From the human T2T-CHM13v2.0 reference genome, Homo sapiens: DNA of 64,000 nt. The translations under genes and the position numbers were made by a program. The stretch lies in the NCBI RefSeq assembly GCF_009914755.1, contig NC_060932.1; one strand, written 5' to 3'. The notes beneath the pieces were generated by a model that worked only from the letters and a program-made list of their open reading frames with translations, ran no database searches and had not been told where the DNA came from. Below, piece by piece: positions 51,301 to 64,000 of the stretch; positions within the stretch are counted from its first letter, which is position 1, and each line of letters begins with the position of its first letter.

Positions 51301-54300
51301 GTTTCAGGATTCAGTCTGAAAAGCAGAGGGAGATGCTCTGTAAATGCTCCTCTCATTCGCACAGCCTTCATCTCCAGCCCACACTCTGGACACGCAGATT
51401 CTAAAGGGCAAATGGAAAAAGTGGGATGCAAGTACTGGGAGCTTTTTTCAGGCCTATACTATGATATCAAGATCAATTTTTGTAGGTTACCCATGTTGCT
51501 GGCCTTTTCTCAGCACCAACAGCACTAACCCCACAGACATGTGAGTCAGATAAAAAGCCCCCGATGCACCTCTGAAGAAATGTTGATTAGACTGGGGAAG
51601 CCATGATAACCCCCATAGCAAAGGACGTGAAAGCTGCCCAACATTTGATGATCTGAGTTGGGATTATCCATTTTGTGGACTTTTAGGGGCATGTTTTAGA
51701 AATCAAACTGCCTTGTACAAAATAGACACTGGAAAAATAACCACTAAATCAATTTAAATAAAATTGAATAGAAGTCCTGTCTTTTCCTTCAAATATCCAG
51801 ACTTTGTGGCTCTTTTTTTTTTTTCAAACAATGTGGGTAGGTATATGTTTGGCGGCTGCTTGTTAATGTCCATACTATTGTATTGTGGTAATCAATGACA
51901 GCAAACAGAATGGACATTTATCTAAAAATCAGCAATGACGGCATAGAAAATATGTATTGAAATTGTAAAAAGTGTTTTGGGAAAGCTGAAGTTTAACCAT
52001 CTGCTAAGTAGTTAGAAATGTTCTGTAGCTATGATAAATATGAAATACTTTTATCTGTATGTGAAAACTAATGGATAGAACAAGAATTCAGATGAGATCT
52101 CAGGAAATTATAAACATAATTCATGAAATAAGAAAGTTTAATTTTTTGATGAAGATTTGTGTTTTTTCCTTTAAATAAATTTGTTAATTTACTCATACTT
52201 TTTCTGAAAATAGAAAAGATAGGTCTGACACAACAATGGGACTCTTATGACTTACATTTTAGCTAGGGAAGTTTTCACTTTTTTGTGAACAAAAAAACCA
52301 TTTTGTTCAATATTTCTGATCATATATTAGGTTATCTAACATTTTCCCTTTGAGACACAAGTCTTACAAATCTCATATTTTAATTATTTAGATGCAAATT
52401 AAGTAAATTTTGCAATATTTCAGTCCTATACTTGGGGTAGTACATTTGTACTATGGCTAAGGATTTTCTCAATAAATCCTTATTCATACAACTGGTAGTC
52501 TTGGGGTTAGCAAAGCAGCTCACCTTATTTATGGATTAACTGAAAATATATCAGTGTCATTTCAAAAGCTGAAAAACTAATAGTTAATTTGGATCCATTG
52601 AATTTCCTACTACAGTCTGATTTGTTCCATTCAGGATTCTGTAATCCTGGCTTGGAAAGTATTTAACTGTATTCTTATTTTACTGATTATCTTGCTTCAA
52701 GGGATTTTTAAAACACATTTAAATTTATGTAACTTTGTGAAGTTTTACACTTTTTTCCCCTTTTTCCAATACTGTAACATTGAGTCTCTTTACTTTTCAT
52801 TTATTTCCAATGGAATTACTTTACTATTTCTATAAATTAGTGTATCTTCCAATTTCATATAACTTGTTTTGAAATTTCTAGTCATTTTGGACCCAGCAGG
52901 TGGCCCATTTCGAATAATTTTGATATCTTGATTTAAAAACAAAGTGACCCACACTCTGTATTTTCTAAGAACAAATGCATACTTTGTTTGCATAATTCTA
53001 CCTTTGATTTACAATACTTTGTTTTAGTAATTTAACTCCCCCTTTCTCTGCAATTCTGCATCGTCTAAAGGCTAAATGGATACAATTTTGTAGCAACTTC
53101 TCAAATGTGTTTCTAATCAGAATGCTGCAGCACTTTTCCATTAGGCAGATGTTTCCAATGTTATATTCTTTACTGGAAAGCTCATTATTTTGCATTTACC
53201 TATAATTAACTATATTTGCCACGTATTAGCACAGACACTTAAATGTTCTCAATCTTGATATTTCGCTTATAATATTTTTCTTTGCTTTTGTAGTCATTTA
53301 AAAATTATCTACAAACAAGCAGGGTAAAGGTGAGGTGAATCCTATCTGGTCTAGTTTATATGTTTTGCAAAGAAAGATGAATTCTGAAGAAATGTAATAG
53401 AAGGAAAAGAAATAATGATGGGGCTGAATCGATATCTTAGCTCTTTGGCTTTTCCACAGCACCACTGTTTTACTACACATCAGGATAATAACAGCAGTGA
53501 AACAGAACGTATGAGAGGAACTAACAGTTGTGTATAGTGACCTTCCCACTAAACATGTGACGATCCCCTCATTGTCTCAAAACTACAGGGGAAATATATT
53601 TATACATTTTGGTGAATTGGCTCAAAAACTTCGATACGACTTTAAATTGTGTTAATAGGGTATCATGAAGGAGATTACTACATCAAATAACCAAATGAAT
53701 CAAATTGAATAACATCTTGAAAAGTTAAGAAAAATTGAAGAAAAAGGTTATGGTAAGTTAGTGAGTTTTTAGTTGCAAGTTTTACTTTATTCTGATTAAT
53801 TGGTAAATACATTTATAGAAATCTATCTAAGGAGTATTACGATCTTGGGGATTTGTAGTTATTGGATGCTATTATAGCCAGGGAATCCAGAATGACCACC
53901 GCCTTCCATGTCAATAATCTTTCCTAGATGAATTACTACCACAACCCACACTAGTGGAATAAGTGTCATGGTGACTTTTTCAGCTCTCTAATATTTTAAT
54001 AAAGAGTTTCCATTGAACTTGGATTAGAGAGTGTTTCTTGTGCCTAAAGATTTAAGTGGGGACTCCAAGTAAAGACATTCTCTTGACTCCATATTCTGAA
54101 TTTTATAGCCAATCTCTGGAAGCAGAGAAAGAGTGAGGGGAAAAAAAGAAAGAGAAAAGCAAAATATTTGTAACTAATAACCCATCCACCTCCATGGAGT
54201 AGATGAGAAAGCTTCCCTGGTTGGCCCCCAGCAGCTAGGTCCTTCTAAGTACCACTTACCACATGGAGATAAGAAAATGGGAATTTTCAAGAGAGATAAA

Positions 54301-54799
54301 GAAAAATGCATCAAGCATATCTTTGGGTATTTTAAAGCATGGTGATTCCATATGGCCCATTGATGTTCTGGTAATCTAATAAAATATAAAACTCCATATT
54401 TTCCTCCCAGGAGAACACTAAGAAGATGGGCAGAAATCAAAGCTTCCTGGTGTGAGGTTGTGGTAGAAGATTCCTGGTTGATCAATGTATAGAAGATGGA
54501 AATGGATTCCAGTTGTGGGAAGGAAGAAGTAAGGCTGTCAAAAATCCTGAATTGTCTTGAATGATATGTAGCAGCTAGCCAGATAGTAAAAGTGGGGAGG
54601 GGACATTTCAGAACAAAGGGACAGATTGTCAAAAATTATAGTTTTGTGTCGTTTTATTTTACTGTGGAACTATAAGCTGTTTGATTTGGTTGGATCATAT
54701 AGTAGAACAATTATGTATCAACTGTTCACTGGATTGTCCAAAAGGCATCCTCTCGGACTTGTTTTAGAGCCTTTATGATTAGAGAATATACCTCTCTTA

Positions 54800-55030
54800 A
54801 GATCCTTGAGTTTTCAACAACCTTACTCTGCCACTTTCGTGAGGCATGCATTTTCATCCTTGGTGTAATTTTGGATAAAATATTGCTTTTTTTCTGTCTT
54901 AGACCAAATATATATAAATAGGGAAAATACGATACTTTATTCATAGGCTTGTTGGTGCACATATGAGATTACGTCTGTAAAGTGTGCTCTGTAACCTGGA
55001 AAAGGCAATACAAAAGTTACTTATTAAACT
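54800..55030 (+). mobile_element. MIR
   Basis: actctgccactt...tcataggcttgttggtgcacatatgagatt...tgtaaagtg. Confidence 0.5.
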
Positions 55031-55761
55031 GATGAAATTTCTGCCATTTCTTATATTTTGTGCCATATAAAAATTTAAATCTTTAAAACATGATATTCAA
55101 TAAATGTAAACCATTTATATCACTCACTGTATACAACTGTTTTTCATACGATTCAACTCAATAGAAGTGATTATCTTTAAGAAAAGCCTTAAAGCAAATA
55201 TGCCAACTATATGGCATATGTGACTTAATTACCCACTTGTGCTCTCAAAGACAACATCACTAATTGATAACAACACTTTTCCTCCTTGTCTGGACGGAGC
55301 CTCAAAATTCTTCTCAAAATCCTAAGCAGCCAAAACCAATAGGGAAGAGTTGGCTCTTGAAATCTATTATTATTTCCCTTAGCCAAATGAAATTTTGATG
55401 GGATTATAGCCAGAAGAGGGAAGAGGGTATTTGTCTTCCCTGCAAGCCATCATTGTAAACAACTCTTTTATTCAGTAAAGGAAAAAAAGTATTGTGAGGT
55501 GTTTTCTTAGCAATGCAACAAGATATACACTTTTTCAAAAATGGGTTTTTAAAAATCTGATTATTGATTGGTTAATTTCCTTCAAAATCCAACATGGTTT
55601 CATAACAATTGTGTTAGTTTTAAAGTGATGACTATGAAATGAATAGGTTTGTGTCAAATAATAAAGATAAATTCTAGTAAAAATATCCCTAAGCAGATCA
55701 GAACAATTTTGTGAATGAAGTCTAAACTATAGGCAGATACATTAACATGCTATAACCATGT

Positions 55762-55807
55762 ACACACACACACACAAACACATACACACACACACACACA
55801 CACACAC
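55762..55807 (+). repeat. Interrupted (AC)n microsatellite
   Basis: Direct read. Confidence 0.95.
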
Positions 55808-58800
55808 TTACCGAGTCATTGTCAGATACTATTTTCATGCATCATTTTGATGCTGCTTAATGCAGGATATATTGAAAAGCTATTATTTGGTCTTTTCAAA
55901 AGTACCCAGTAAATAACATTGTGCCCAATTTCACTTTTTTAAGATAAAAAACTGAGGCCTTTAAGACATATAGTGGTTGTGTTTTGAGTGTGTAGCTATA
56001 TAAACAAAAATCCTTCTTTAAACTGGTAAGTACTTGTTAACTGATATACTCAGAAGGATGAGCGGTGCCAGGGAAATAAGACACAGCACAAGGAAGAAAG
56101 GTCTTTGCTTCCTGCAAAAGTTTTGCTATGGAGGAACCAACAATAAGGATAAGACTTAAATGGATATTTTTACTCGTTCTAACTTGGGGCTTACCCTCCA
56201 GTGGACCAGCACAAATGTGCCAGCGAGCCACAAGATACTCCGTCAGTCCCTCTGTCCACTGAGACCTGGGATTGTGGGATTTTTTTTCTCTCTTCATCAG
56301 GAAGGTTCATCTCATTCTGCTCTGCCTCCTGAAGAATCGTTACTTTTGCTGATCCAGGTGACAGAATTATGGCACTAAGGTGTAAGGAAGTGGATTGTTT
56401 TAAGATCAACATAAAAAAATTCTACTTACTGCCACCTTGTGTGTGAATGTAAGTTTGCCAAGAAGCTATATTTGTGTGACTGTGTGGGTGAAAAGGGCTG
56501 TTCTGTCTGCAATTTCAACCAATATATGATATAACACTGGATTCAGATACATTCTATAATGAAGGGCAAATTTGAGATTTCTCTTCATCTGTGGCCCAAT
56601 AAGTGGATACACTTGCTCCAGTGACCTAATTCTTTCAGTTTTATTCATTTAATATATGCAGTCCAGAGAGCTATAGACCCAGCCCAGCAAGATGCCAGTT
56701 TTTCTTGGACTAGATGATAGGAGCAAGACAGAGGACTGATAACCCTGCACACTCAGACGTCCTGGGGGGAGATGTCAGATCAGATCAGATCGAAAAGGCA
56801 ACCTGATAGAAATAGAAGAGAAAAATATTCTTATTCCAATCTCTGTCAAGCACTCATCAGCTCTTTCAATTCTTTGTAGCCAGTACACTGATAAAAGTCA
56901 CATGTAGCCATTTATTTCTTTAAAGTATATAAAGAAAGAAAGAATGAGTAGGGTTGGGCTTTTGACAAAATTTTACAGAGACATTATTCCACGATTTGGG
57001 GATGTAAATTTAATCCTAGTTAGTCATTTCCCCATGGTAACAAAAAAGGAAGTAGTAGGAACATTGTAAGTTAAACGTTTGAGCATCAGAATTGGACAGA
57101 GAGACTTAATCAAGTCCTATCTCCTCTACTCACTAGTTACGTAGTTCTAAATTCTTGGTCTAGCAAAAGTCACTAGCACTATTGGAAAAGAAAGTGAGAC
57201 AATACTTGCAATGTGTTATGTTTCTGTATGAATACATTTTCTGCAACTATCTTACAAATAATACAATTAGAACATTTATCTTTTAAGCATTCAATCAACC
57301 AATCACAGCCTCAACACCCTTCCCCGCCCCCCCACACACATATTGAGTGTCTGCTATGACCCATGCACAGGAAAATAAAAATTGGAAAAAAATTCTCACA
57401 TTCTCAGACATCTAGACTTAAATGTCTTCACTTACTTATCAAGACTTTTATAATGTCAGCAGCTTGCCTTCAACGGATAAAGGGTAATGCATATAACAAT
57501 GGCACAAGGCATTGACACTAGGACAATTAGGCAACCTAGAGCTTCTCAACAAACAACTAGCAGAGAGTCTAGTGTTCAAGGAGAAAGTTTTCTAGGTGTC
57601 AGCTTCTTGAAGCTGTTGCTCCAAAGGAGGTCATTGCCCAGAGTAATGAGAACAGTTGGGAATCTCTCCCATTCTCTATTGCCTGAAGGTCAACAGCCAT
57701 CTGGTCTAACCCATGCTGGCTTTCCAATTGAGAGTGAAAACAGATTTTCTATCATGTCCAAGAACAAAGGGCACGGATGAATCGTGGAAAATGTAGATGA
57801 CACAGTTGCCTTCACCCATACAGAACGTGTATCTCAATTTTCTGAAAATACATTCTTGGGCAAAGTGTCCTATGATTAAAAGGCACAAGTATAAGGGACA
57901 TCAGAAAGAAGGGAAAAATGAGCTATGCACTGGAATCCTCTTGGAATGATAAGGTGATTACAAAAATGAGAAGATCTTCATTGGGTAATAAATCAAAGTG
58001 CTATCTTTCAAACATAGAGAATAAATTCACCAGTCAACGAGTGTCCTACTCTTTGCAAATCATAAAACAGAAGTTATACACTTTAGTACTGTGTACTCTG
58101 AACCTTTTCTCTGCATTTTCCTAAAAGAACTGACCAACAGATTAAAATCACTGACTATGAGTGTCCTTTTATTTTCTTGGCAGGCCACATGCTGATCCAG
58201 CAGTAAACTGTCTCTTCCCCTTTCCCAGACCCTGGTTAATAAATATCACCTAGTGATAAAACTGTCCAATTTTCTTATAACAAAAACTACAAACATGAGA
58301 AGAAAATGCTGAGCTTGGGTAGGATATCTTATCTCTGTTAAATATTACAGACACATTACAAGGTCCTGTGCACTTGGTAAAATGTTTAAAATAAATATCC
58401 AAGTGCCAAATATCTTGTTCTTTCCAATTTATTTGAGGGATATTAAATATGTTACAATTAATTTCATATTCTGTATTAAGACATTTCATTTATATGCTCA
58501 AAACTACAGGGGTCTCTGTAACAGCCCTAAGTAATTCCATTTTGCAGTACAAGGGACATTGTTAATATTCAAAGATTAGAAAATACATCCTCTTTGATCT
58601 TTGCTACTTATTGAAAGACAGCATTCAGATACCAGGAATGTATTTTTCTTCAAATAGTTGCTTTCTCCTAGAGGAAGATGTGATTAAATAGAATGCCCCA
58701 GACTTAATAAGGCAACAAAAGAACTGGCAATTTCTTTTCAGCTTTCTTCATTCTAGCATCTCAAAGCTGTTTGCCTTGGGATTTAGAAATTGAGAGAACA

Positions 58801-59439
58801 AGTTGCTGACCCTAGAACTGAACAGCCACATTAGTTATTTTGGTGATGCCAGTGTTGAAATGGAACATGTGCCAGAGGCAGGCACACTTTGCAGAGTGGG
58901 CATTTTGTACAGTTTATTTTAATTGATGGTTCAGCATATTGGTTGGGCATCTGTACGGGTGCTTTAAAAATGAAAGAAATTATTGGTTGCTTTCAAGTAA
59001 TGAGACTGGAGATTTAGAAAGGAATCTGCCTTTCTCTGATATTTCCAGCATATTTTTGAGAGTCTCTCAGTGTTTGTTACCTTTCTTTGTAACCCTTGAT
59101 TCATTTAATCATTCATTCTGCAAATATTTATTAATAGTCTGCTTTTGCCAGATGTCATGGTAGGCAGTAGAGTTTTGCTTATATCCATGACCTCTTTTAA
59201 TGGAGATTATAGTTCATTGGTAAGGATTTATTGCTAGGGATTTGGAGCCTTAAGCAAAAGTCTTCACCAGTCTAATCTATTATTCCCTTTAAAATAAGCT
59301 TTTGCAAATTTCAAAACACCTTCCTATGTGTGCCTGTGAAAAAAGGAATAGCAGATAGCTGAGGCCAGGCTCTCTCTCACGAGCTCTGTCATGTTTTGCT
59401 AGATCATTGCTGCAGTCTCAGTCTGCTCTGCAGGAATAG

Positions 59440-59625
59440 ACCATCTGAGGACACAGCACGAAGGTGGCCATCTGCAATTCAAGGAGAGAAGCCTCGGGAG
59501 AAAATAAACCTGCCGGCACCTTGATCTTGGACTTTTAGTTTCCAGAGCTGTGAGAAAATAAATGTTTGTTGTTTAAGCCACCCAGTCCGTGGTATTTTGT
59601 TATGGCAAACCTAGCAGACTAATAC
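59440..59625 (+). mobile_element. MLT1B-like MaLR LTR, 3' half
   Basis: gaggacacag...gcaccttgatcttggactt...tgtgagaaaataaat...ttaagccacccagtccgtggtattttgttatggca...gactaataca. Confidence 0.88.
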
Positions 59626-59669
59626 AGAGAAGGATGAAAAATGAAGAACATTTTTTTTTTGGAGCCTAT

Positions 59670-60145
59670 TACAACAGATGAAAATTCATGCCCTCTTACA
59701 CCCTAAGTTTCAGAGTAGGGAAATAAATACTACATGTAATGAAGACAGCAAATTATACAATATATGAGAAGGTAATAAATGCTGTGGAAGAAACTCGAAG
59801 GTTATATTGAACTAGGAGATCAGCAGTGCTGGGGACAGAGGGTTACAGGTTTTGGTACCAGACAGGAAGAGCAGGGAGGCATCATTGAGAAGGTACCAAC
59901 TGTGTACTCAGAAGAGAGGAGGCAGCTGGTTATGAGGTCATCTGGGGGACAGCACGACAGGTAGAGACAGGAAAAGTATAAAGGCTCTGAGGTGGAACCT
60001 GAGGGTTGGAGGCACAGCAGGAAGCCAAGATAGCTGGCATTCACCATAAGAATGGTAGAAAGGAGTCTGAGGCAAGATACAGGCCAGCCTGCATGGGGCC
60101 TTGTAGACCGAGTAAATACCTCGGATGTTGCAAGGACTTTTCTGC
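59670..60145 (-). mobile_element. L2a fragment
   Basis: tgccctcttacacc, ataaatgctgtggaagaa, aaaggctctgaggtgg, ggccttgtagacc...aaggacttt. Confidence 0.7.
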
Positions 60146-60474
60146 CTTGCACGTTCTCCTTTCTCAAAATCTGTTCCTTCTGTTTGTTCTACAAATTCCT
60201 AGTTTCTGAAAACCAGCTACTGATCTGGTCTAATTTTCTCTTTTTATCATAGGGTAAAAGATACTTGAATAATATTCCACATATCACTACACTCAGATTC
60301 TACTCTTGATTCTGAAGTTTTTGTTTGTTTGCTTTTTACTAACATCATCTTCTCCCTCAACTACCTAATCTTTGGCTTTCCTAAATTGGGAAAATTAATA
60401 TGACATAAGTTTCTTCATCAGATATATCCTCAAAATGATGGTTAACTGAGCCAAGGTCATATTGGAAAAGGGTT

Positions 60475-60652
60475 TGAAATGAGAACATATGGACACAGCG
60501 AGGGGAACAACACACACTGGGACCTGTTGCAGGGTTGGGGGGCGAGGGGAGGGAACTTAGAGGACGGGTCAATAGGTGCAGCAAACCACCATCCACACAT
60601 ATATCTAGGTAACAAACCTGCACATTCTGTATGTAAAGTAAAATAAAAAAAC
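60475..60652 (+). mobile_element. L1PA8-like 3' end, ~180 bp truncated
   Basis: gagaacatatggacacag...gggaacttagaggacgggtcaataggtgcagcaaaccacc...taacaaacctgcac. Confidence 0.9.
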
Positions 60653-61489
60653 ACTTCCATATATTACTTTAAAAATGTTTTTTAAAAAAAGAAAGAAAAA
60701 GAGTTCGAGACACGGGACCATTGCTTAAGGAAGGGTGCACAATGGGGTTATAAATCAACACTCTTAGGCTGATGTGTTCTGTGGGAGAGGGGCTCTGCAG
60801 AGGGATCTGGCAGGCTGAAGGAGATCCATGGTATTGTTCAGGAGATAAATGAGGGATAGGGTGACCTGAAGGAGAGAAAGAGAAGCCACTGAGGGAACAC
60901 ATGTAAAGACAACAACGTTTAAGTTTAGTGTTTGTTCTATGAACAACAGACACACCCAAAAATGTTATCTCAGCATATACATTGTGGTAGTATCTTACTG
61001 TTTATTTGTATAATACCAAAAATCTATGCAGATTATAATTCTTAATAATGAATTTCACCATTGTGGGAAACGAGAAATAAATATAAAAAGTAAAAATGCC
61101 TTAAATCAAGTGATTACTTTCATTTCCAATTATGTATCCTCACACTGAAACTCTGGGTTGGGTGTCACGGACCTCGTTCTGCAGAAGCAAGCGTATGTGA
61201 ACAAGGTTATTGATTTAAACTTGCACAGACACAGGAATTGATTCAATCTGAAAACAAAAACGTGAGCTCATGTGTGTGTGTGTGTGTAAAATTTCTTCAT
61301 GAAAATGAAAGACTATGCCATCTTCAAGTTGGACAATACCTAAGGGTCTTCAACTCTAACCTCTTTATTGTGTTAATATGAAACACAGAGGTAGGGTAGG
61401 AGAGTGGCTTATCCTTGGGAGTCCCAGGAGTCAGGTCTCATGACCTCATCCAATGCTGTTTTGAAGGTATCTCTAGCTGGTTTTACAGC

Positions 61490-62160
61490 TAGAGAGCCTG
61501 GGTTCAAATATCAGCACCACTACTTACTTGCTGTGACCTTGGGCAAGCTACCATATCTCTCTATGTGTTAGGTTTCTCATCTGTAAAATACAAATAACAA
61601 TAATACTTATTTGTGGTTGATTGTCTAATGAGCACAAAGTCTGCCATGCCACTATATACTCATCTGTGTAATGTGACTTTGCTAATCCTCTTGACCAAGG
61701 GGGTAATCTCTTCGAATCTGGGTTAACCCTGTGACTTGTTTTGACAAATAAAATGCACAGTAAATGATGTTATGTGAATGACCTGGAAGATTCTGCTTTT
61801 GCTTTAAAAGCACCATATTGTGAAGAAGCCCAAGATTATTGAAAGAGAAGCCAGATATCAGATATATGAGTTAAGCATCTTAAACCTCCCAGCTCAGTGA
61901 ATCCTCCAGAGGAATGCAATTACACTAGTGATCCTAGGAGAAACCAGAGAGAAACTACCAAGCAAGCCCAAAATCGCAATTAATAATAAATAATTGTTGC
62001 TTTAAGTCTTTTGGTTTGAGGTTTTAGTTAAAGGGATTTTTATTACAGCACTCTCATAAGATTATTTCGATAATTAAGTGAACTAATACTTTGTAAAGGG
62101 CTTTGAATGGAGTGCCTGATGTGTAGTAATTGTTCAGTAAACTCTAGTGATTATATCTTT
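61490..62160 (+). mobile_element. MIR split by an MLT1 LTR
   Basis: cctgggttcaaat...gctgtgaccttgggcaag...tttctcatctgtaaaat; resumes at ~62060 with attaagtgaactaat...tgtaaagggc. Confidence 0.75.
61615..62055 (+). mobile_element. MLT1H/G-like MaLR solo LTR
   Basis: gaatctgggttaaccctgtgacttgttttgac...aataaataattgttgctttaag...tattacagca. Confidence 0.7.
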
Positions 62161-62757
62161 AATTATACTGGTTTTTATAGGCCTGGCAAGTTAATTAATG
62201 GTTGATGAGCAACTGGCTAGCTACCAGGCCTTTTGGCTTTTTACCTACTGCTTATTCTACCTGAATGAGCTTTTGTTGACTGATATTTATATGTACAAAT
62301 TTGGTATACATTCAAACTGAGTGTTTTTCATCTACATGCTTATAGATTTATGCATAGATTTTTATTTGAACTGTGCACACAACTGTTCAAATATGGATTT
62401 TGAGATCATCTCGTTAAATCATGTCTTCCAGATTATAAATCATACTTTATTAATGTTTCCTATTGATTTTTCATATAACTTTTTATATCCCTTCAAGGGA
62501 CATCTATAACTAAGTACTGAGGTAAGACTATCGAGGGAGAATTCGATTTCTCTTGCCACTCACTTTACTTTGCATCAAGTTGAACTCTCATATAATGTCT
62601 TACAGAAGATTAAAAATTAACGGTTTCTCATGAAAATATTGACTAGAAACATTTTCCTATTACAAATCAATGATTGTCAGCGCACAAATTTCAGTAACTA
62701 AATAATTTTTATTTGAATCACTAATTCTCTTTACTGTTATTGTGAGCTAAGATTGCA

Positions 62758-62804
62758 TGTATTTTGTTAATATTCAGAAACTGTATTTTGTTGATATTCA
62801 GAAA
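62758..62804 (+). repeat. 24-bp tandem duplication (one internal mismatch)
   Basis: tgtattttgttaatattcagaaac / tgtattttgttgatattcagaaa. Confidence 0.9.
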
Positions 62805-62869
62805 GCACTGTTAAACTTGTTTAAATAAGGAGAATTTAGAAATTAAAGAAGAGGTGATTTTCACAGTGT

Positions 62870-63420
62870 TACACGCATTCATCAGGTATTTACTGAGCAC
62901 CCTGTTTCAAACAAAAGAGACATGGTGGTGAAATAGACATACAAGCTTCTGTTCTCATAGAACTTACATGTGGAAGAGATAGATAATAACGGAGTAAAGA
63001 AGCGAGCAGATTAATAAGTAGGACAACTTCAGGCGGCATGTGTGTTGAAATCCTACAGAGCAATAGGAAATATTTATGAGGAAGTGCTAATAACACTTGC
63101 TGCTGAATTGGGTGTGGGTGTGGCAGGAATGAAGAACTACTGTTTTTGACTTTGCTTGTAGATGGATGGTGATGCTATTCACTCATATAGGGAATCCCTA
63201 TTTACTGACTTAGGGAGCAGGCTCAGAAAAGAAGGTAAATCAAGTATCCTAGTCTGGGCCGTTGAATTTTAGACACCTTTGAGGTTATCCATGGGAGTTA
63301 GATTGATCACCTTGTCACTCAGGGGAGGGTCTTGGCTGGACATCCACATTTGTGAGTCAAGGGGCAGTAGATGAAAGCGCAGAAATATCTGCCTGGGAGG
63401 TATAGTCACCTTACTGTCTT
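62870..63420 (-). mobile_element. L2 fragment
   Basis: cattcatcaggtatttactgagcacc...tgttctcatagaacttaca...ggatggtgatgctattcact. Confidence 0.65.
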
Positions 63421-63452
63421 GAGCAGTTTGAGGGAATCCCAACATTAAGACT

Positions 63453-63702
63453 TTAAGACCAGCCTGACCAACATGATGAAACCCCGTCTCTACTAAAAAT
63501 ACAAAAATTAGCGGGATGTGGTGGTGCACGCCTGTAATCCTAGCTACTCAGGTGGCTGAGGCAGGAGAATTGCTTGAATCCGGGAGGTGGAGGTTGCAGT
63601 GAGTCAAGATTGAGCCACGACATTCCAGCCTGGGTGACAGAGTGAGACTCTATCTAAAACAAACAAACAAACAAACAAACAAACACCCAAACCAAAAAAA
63701 AA
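63453..63702 (+). mobile_element. 5'-truncated AluS with (AAAC)n tail
   Basis: Begins at aagaccagcctgaccaacat; tail aaac repeats at 63657-63684; TSD-like aa(g/a)actttaa. Confidence 0.93.
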
Positions 63703-64000
63703 CTTTAAAAGATTGGGGCATGAGAAAATTCTAACCTCCCTCAGGAACAGAATCAAATATCCTCCTACTGCCCCATTTCCTATTGCTTAGTCTCACTGTA
63801 ATCCTCAACAGAAACAGCCTCTTCCCTTGCAGTGGCCCATCCTTGATGCCTGGCAGTGTCCCACACCTTTCCTAGCCACCTGAATGCTACTGCACTCTTA
63901 TACAAAAATAATTATATAAATCTATGGAATATTGTGATGCCCCAAACTCAAGCCACTGTTACATTTGTATCATCAGTCTTCATTTTTGAGCTTTTATGCT

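Noticed and set aside
51510-51526. REST-like TCAGCACCAACAGCAC
   Set aside because: Right half lacks GGACAG and the spacing is collapsed
60532-60553. G-quadruplex motif
   Set aside because: Standard G-rich tract of the L1PA 3' UTR

Overview
Primate (most likely human) nuclear DNA: AT-rich, CpG-depleted, carrying AluY/AluS/FRAM, THE1B, MLT2A, L1PA/L1M, L2, MIR and MER elements. I see no credible protein-coding exon, tRNA/rRNA or recognisable miRNA. All ORFs in the track are explained by Alu, L1, LTR or microsatellite sequence, or by chance. The window looks like a gene desert or the long intron of a spliced + strand (lnc)RNA, which I cannot name. Repeat-poor blocks (about 2.9-11.9 kb, 18-23.9 kb and 51.5-59 kb) contain stretches resembling conserved non-coding elements. 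The most interesting leads are: (i) two probable relics of the very ancient LF-SINE family (~4262-4376 and ~25791-26010), each at or beside a candidate exon; (ii) a textbook recursive-splice-like AG|GTGAGT site at 6987/6988; (iii) a chain of strong + strand splice signals, including a 35-nt microexon; (iv) a small CpG/G4/Z-DNA promoter-like island at ~22.3-22.8 kb; (v) an MLT2A solo LTR with a ~340-bp expanded TA/TG tract. Repeat family calls come from remembered consensus sequences, and boundaries of old elements are approximate. I found no evidence for a genuinely new biological system.
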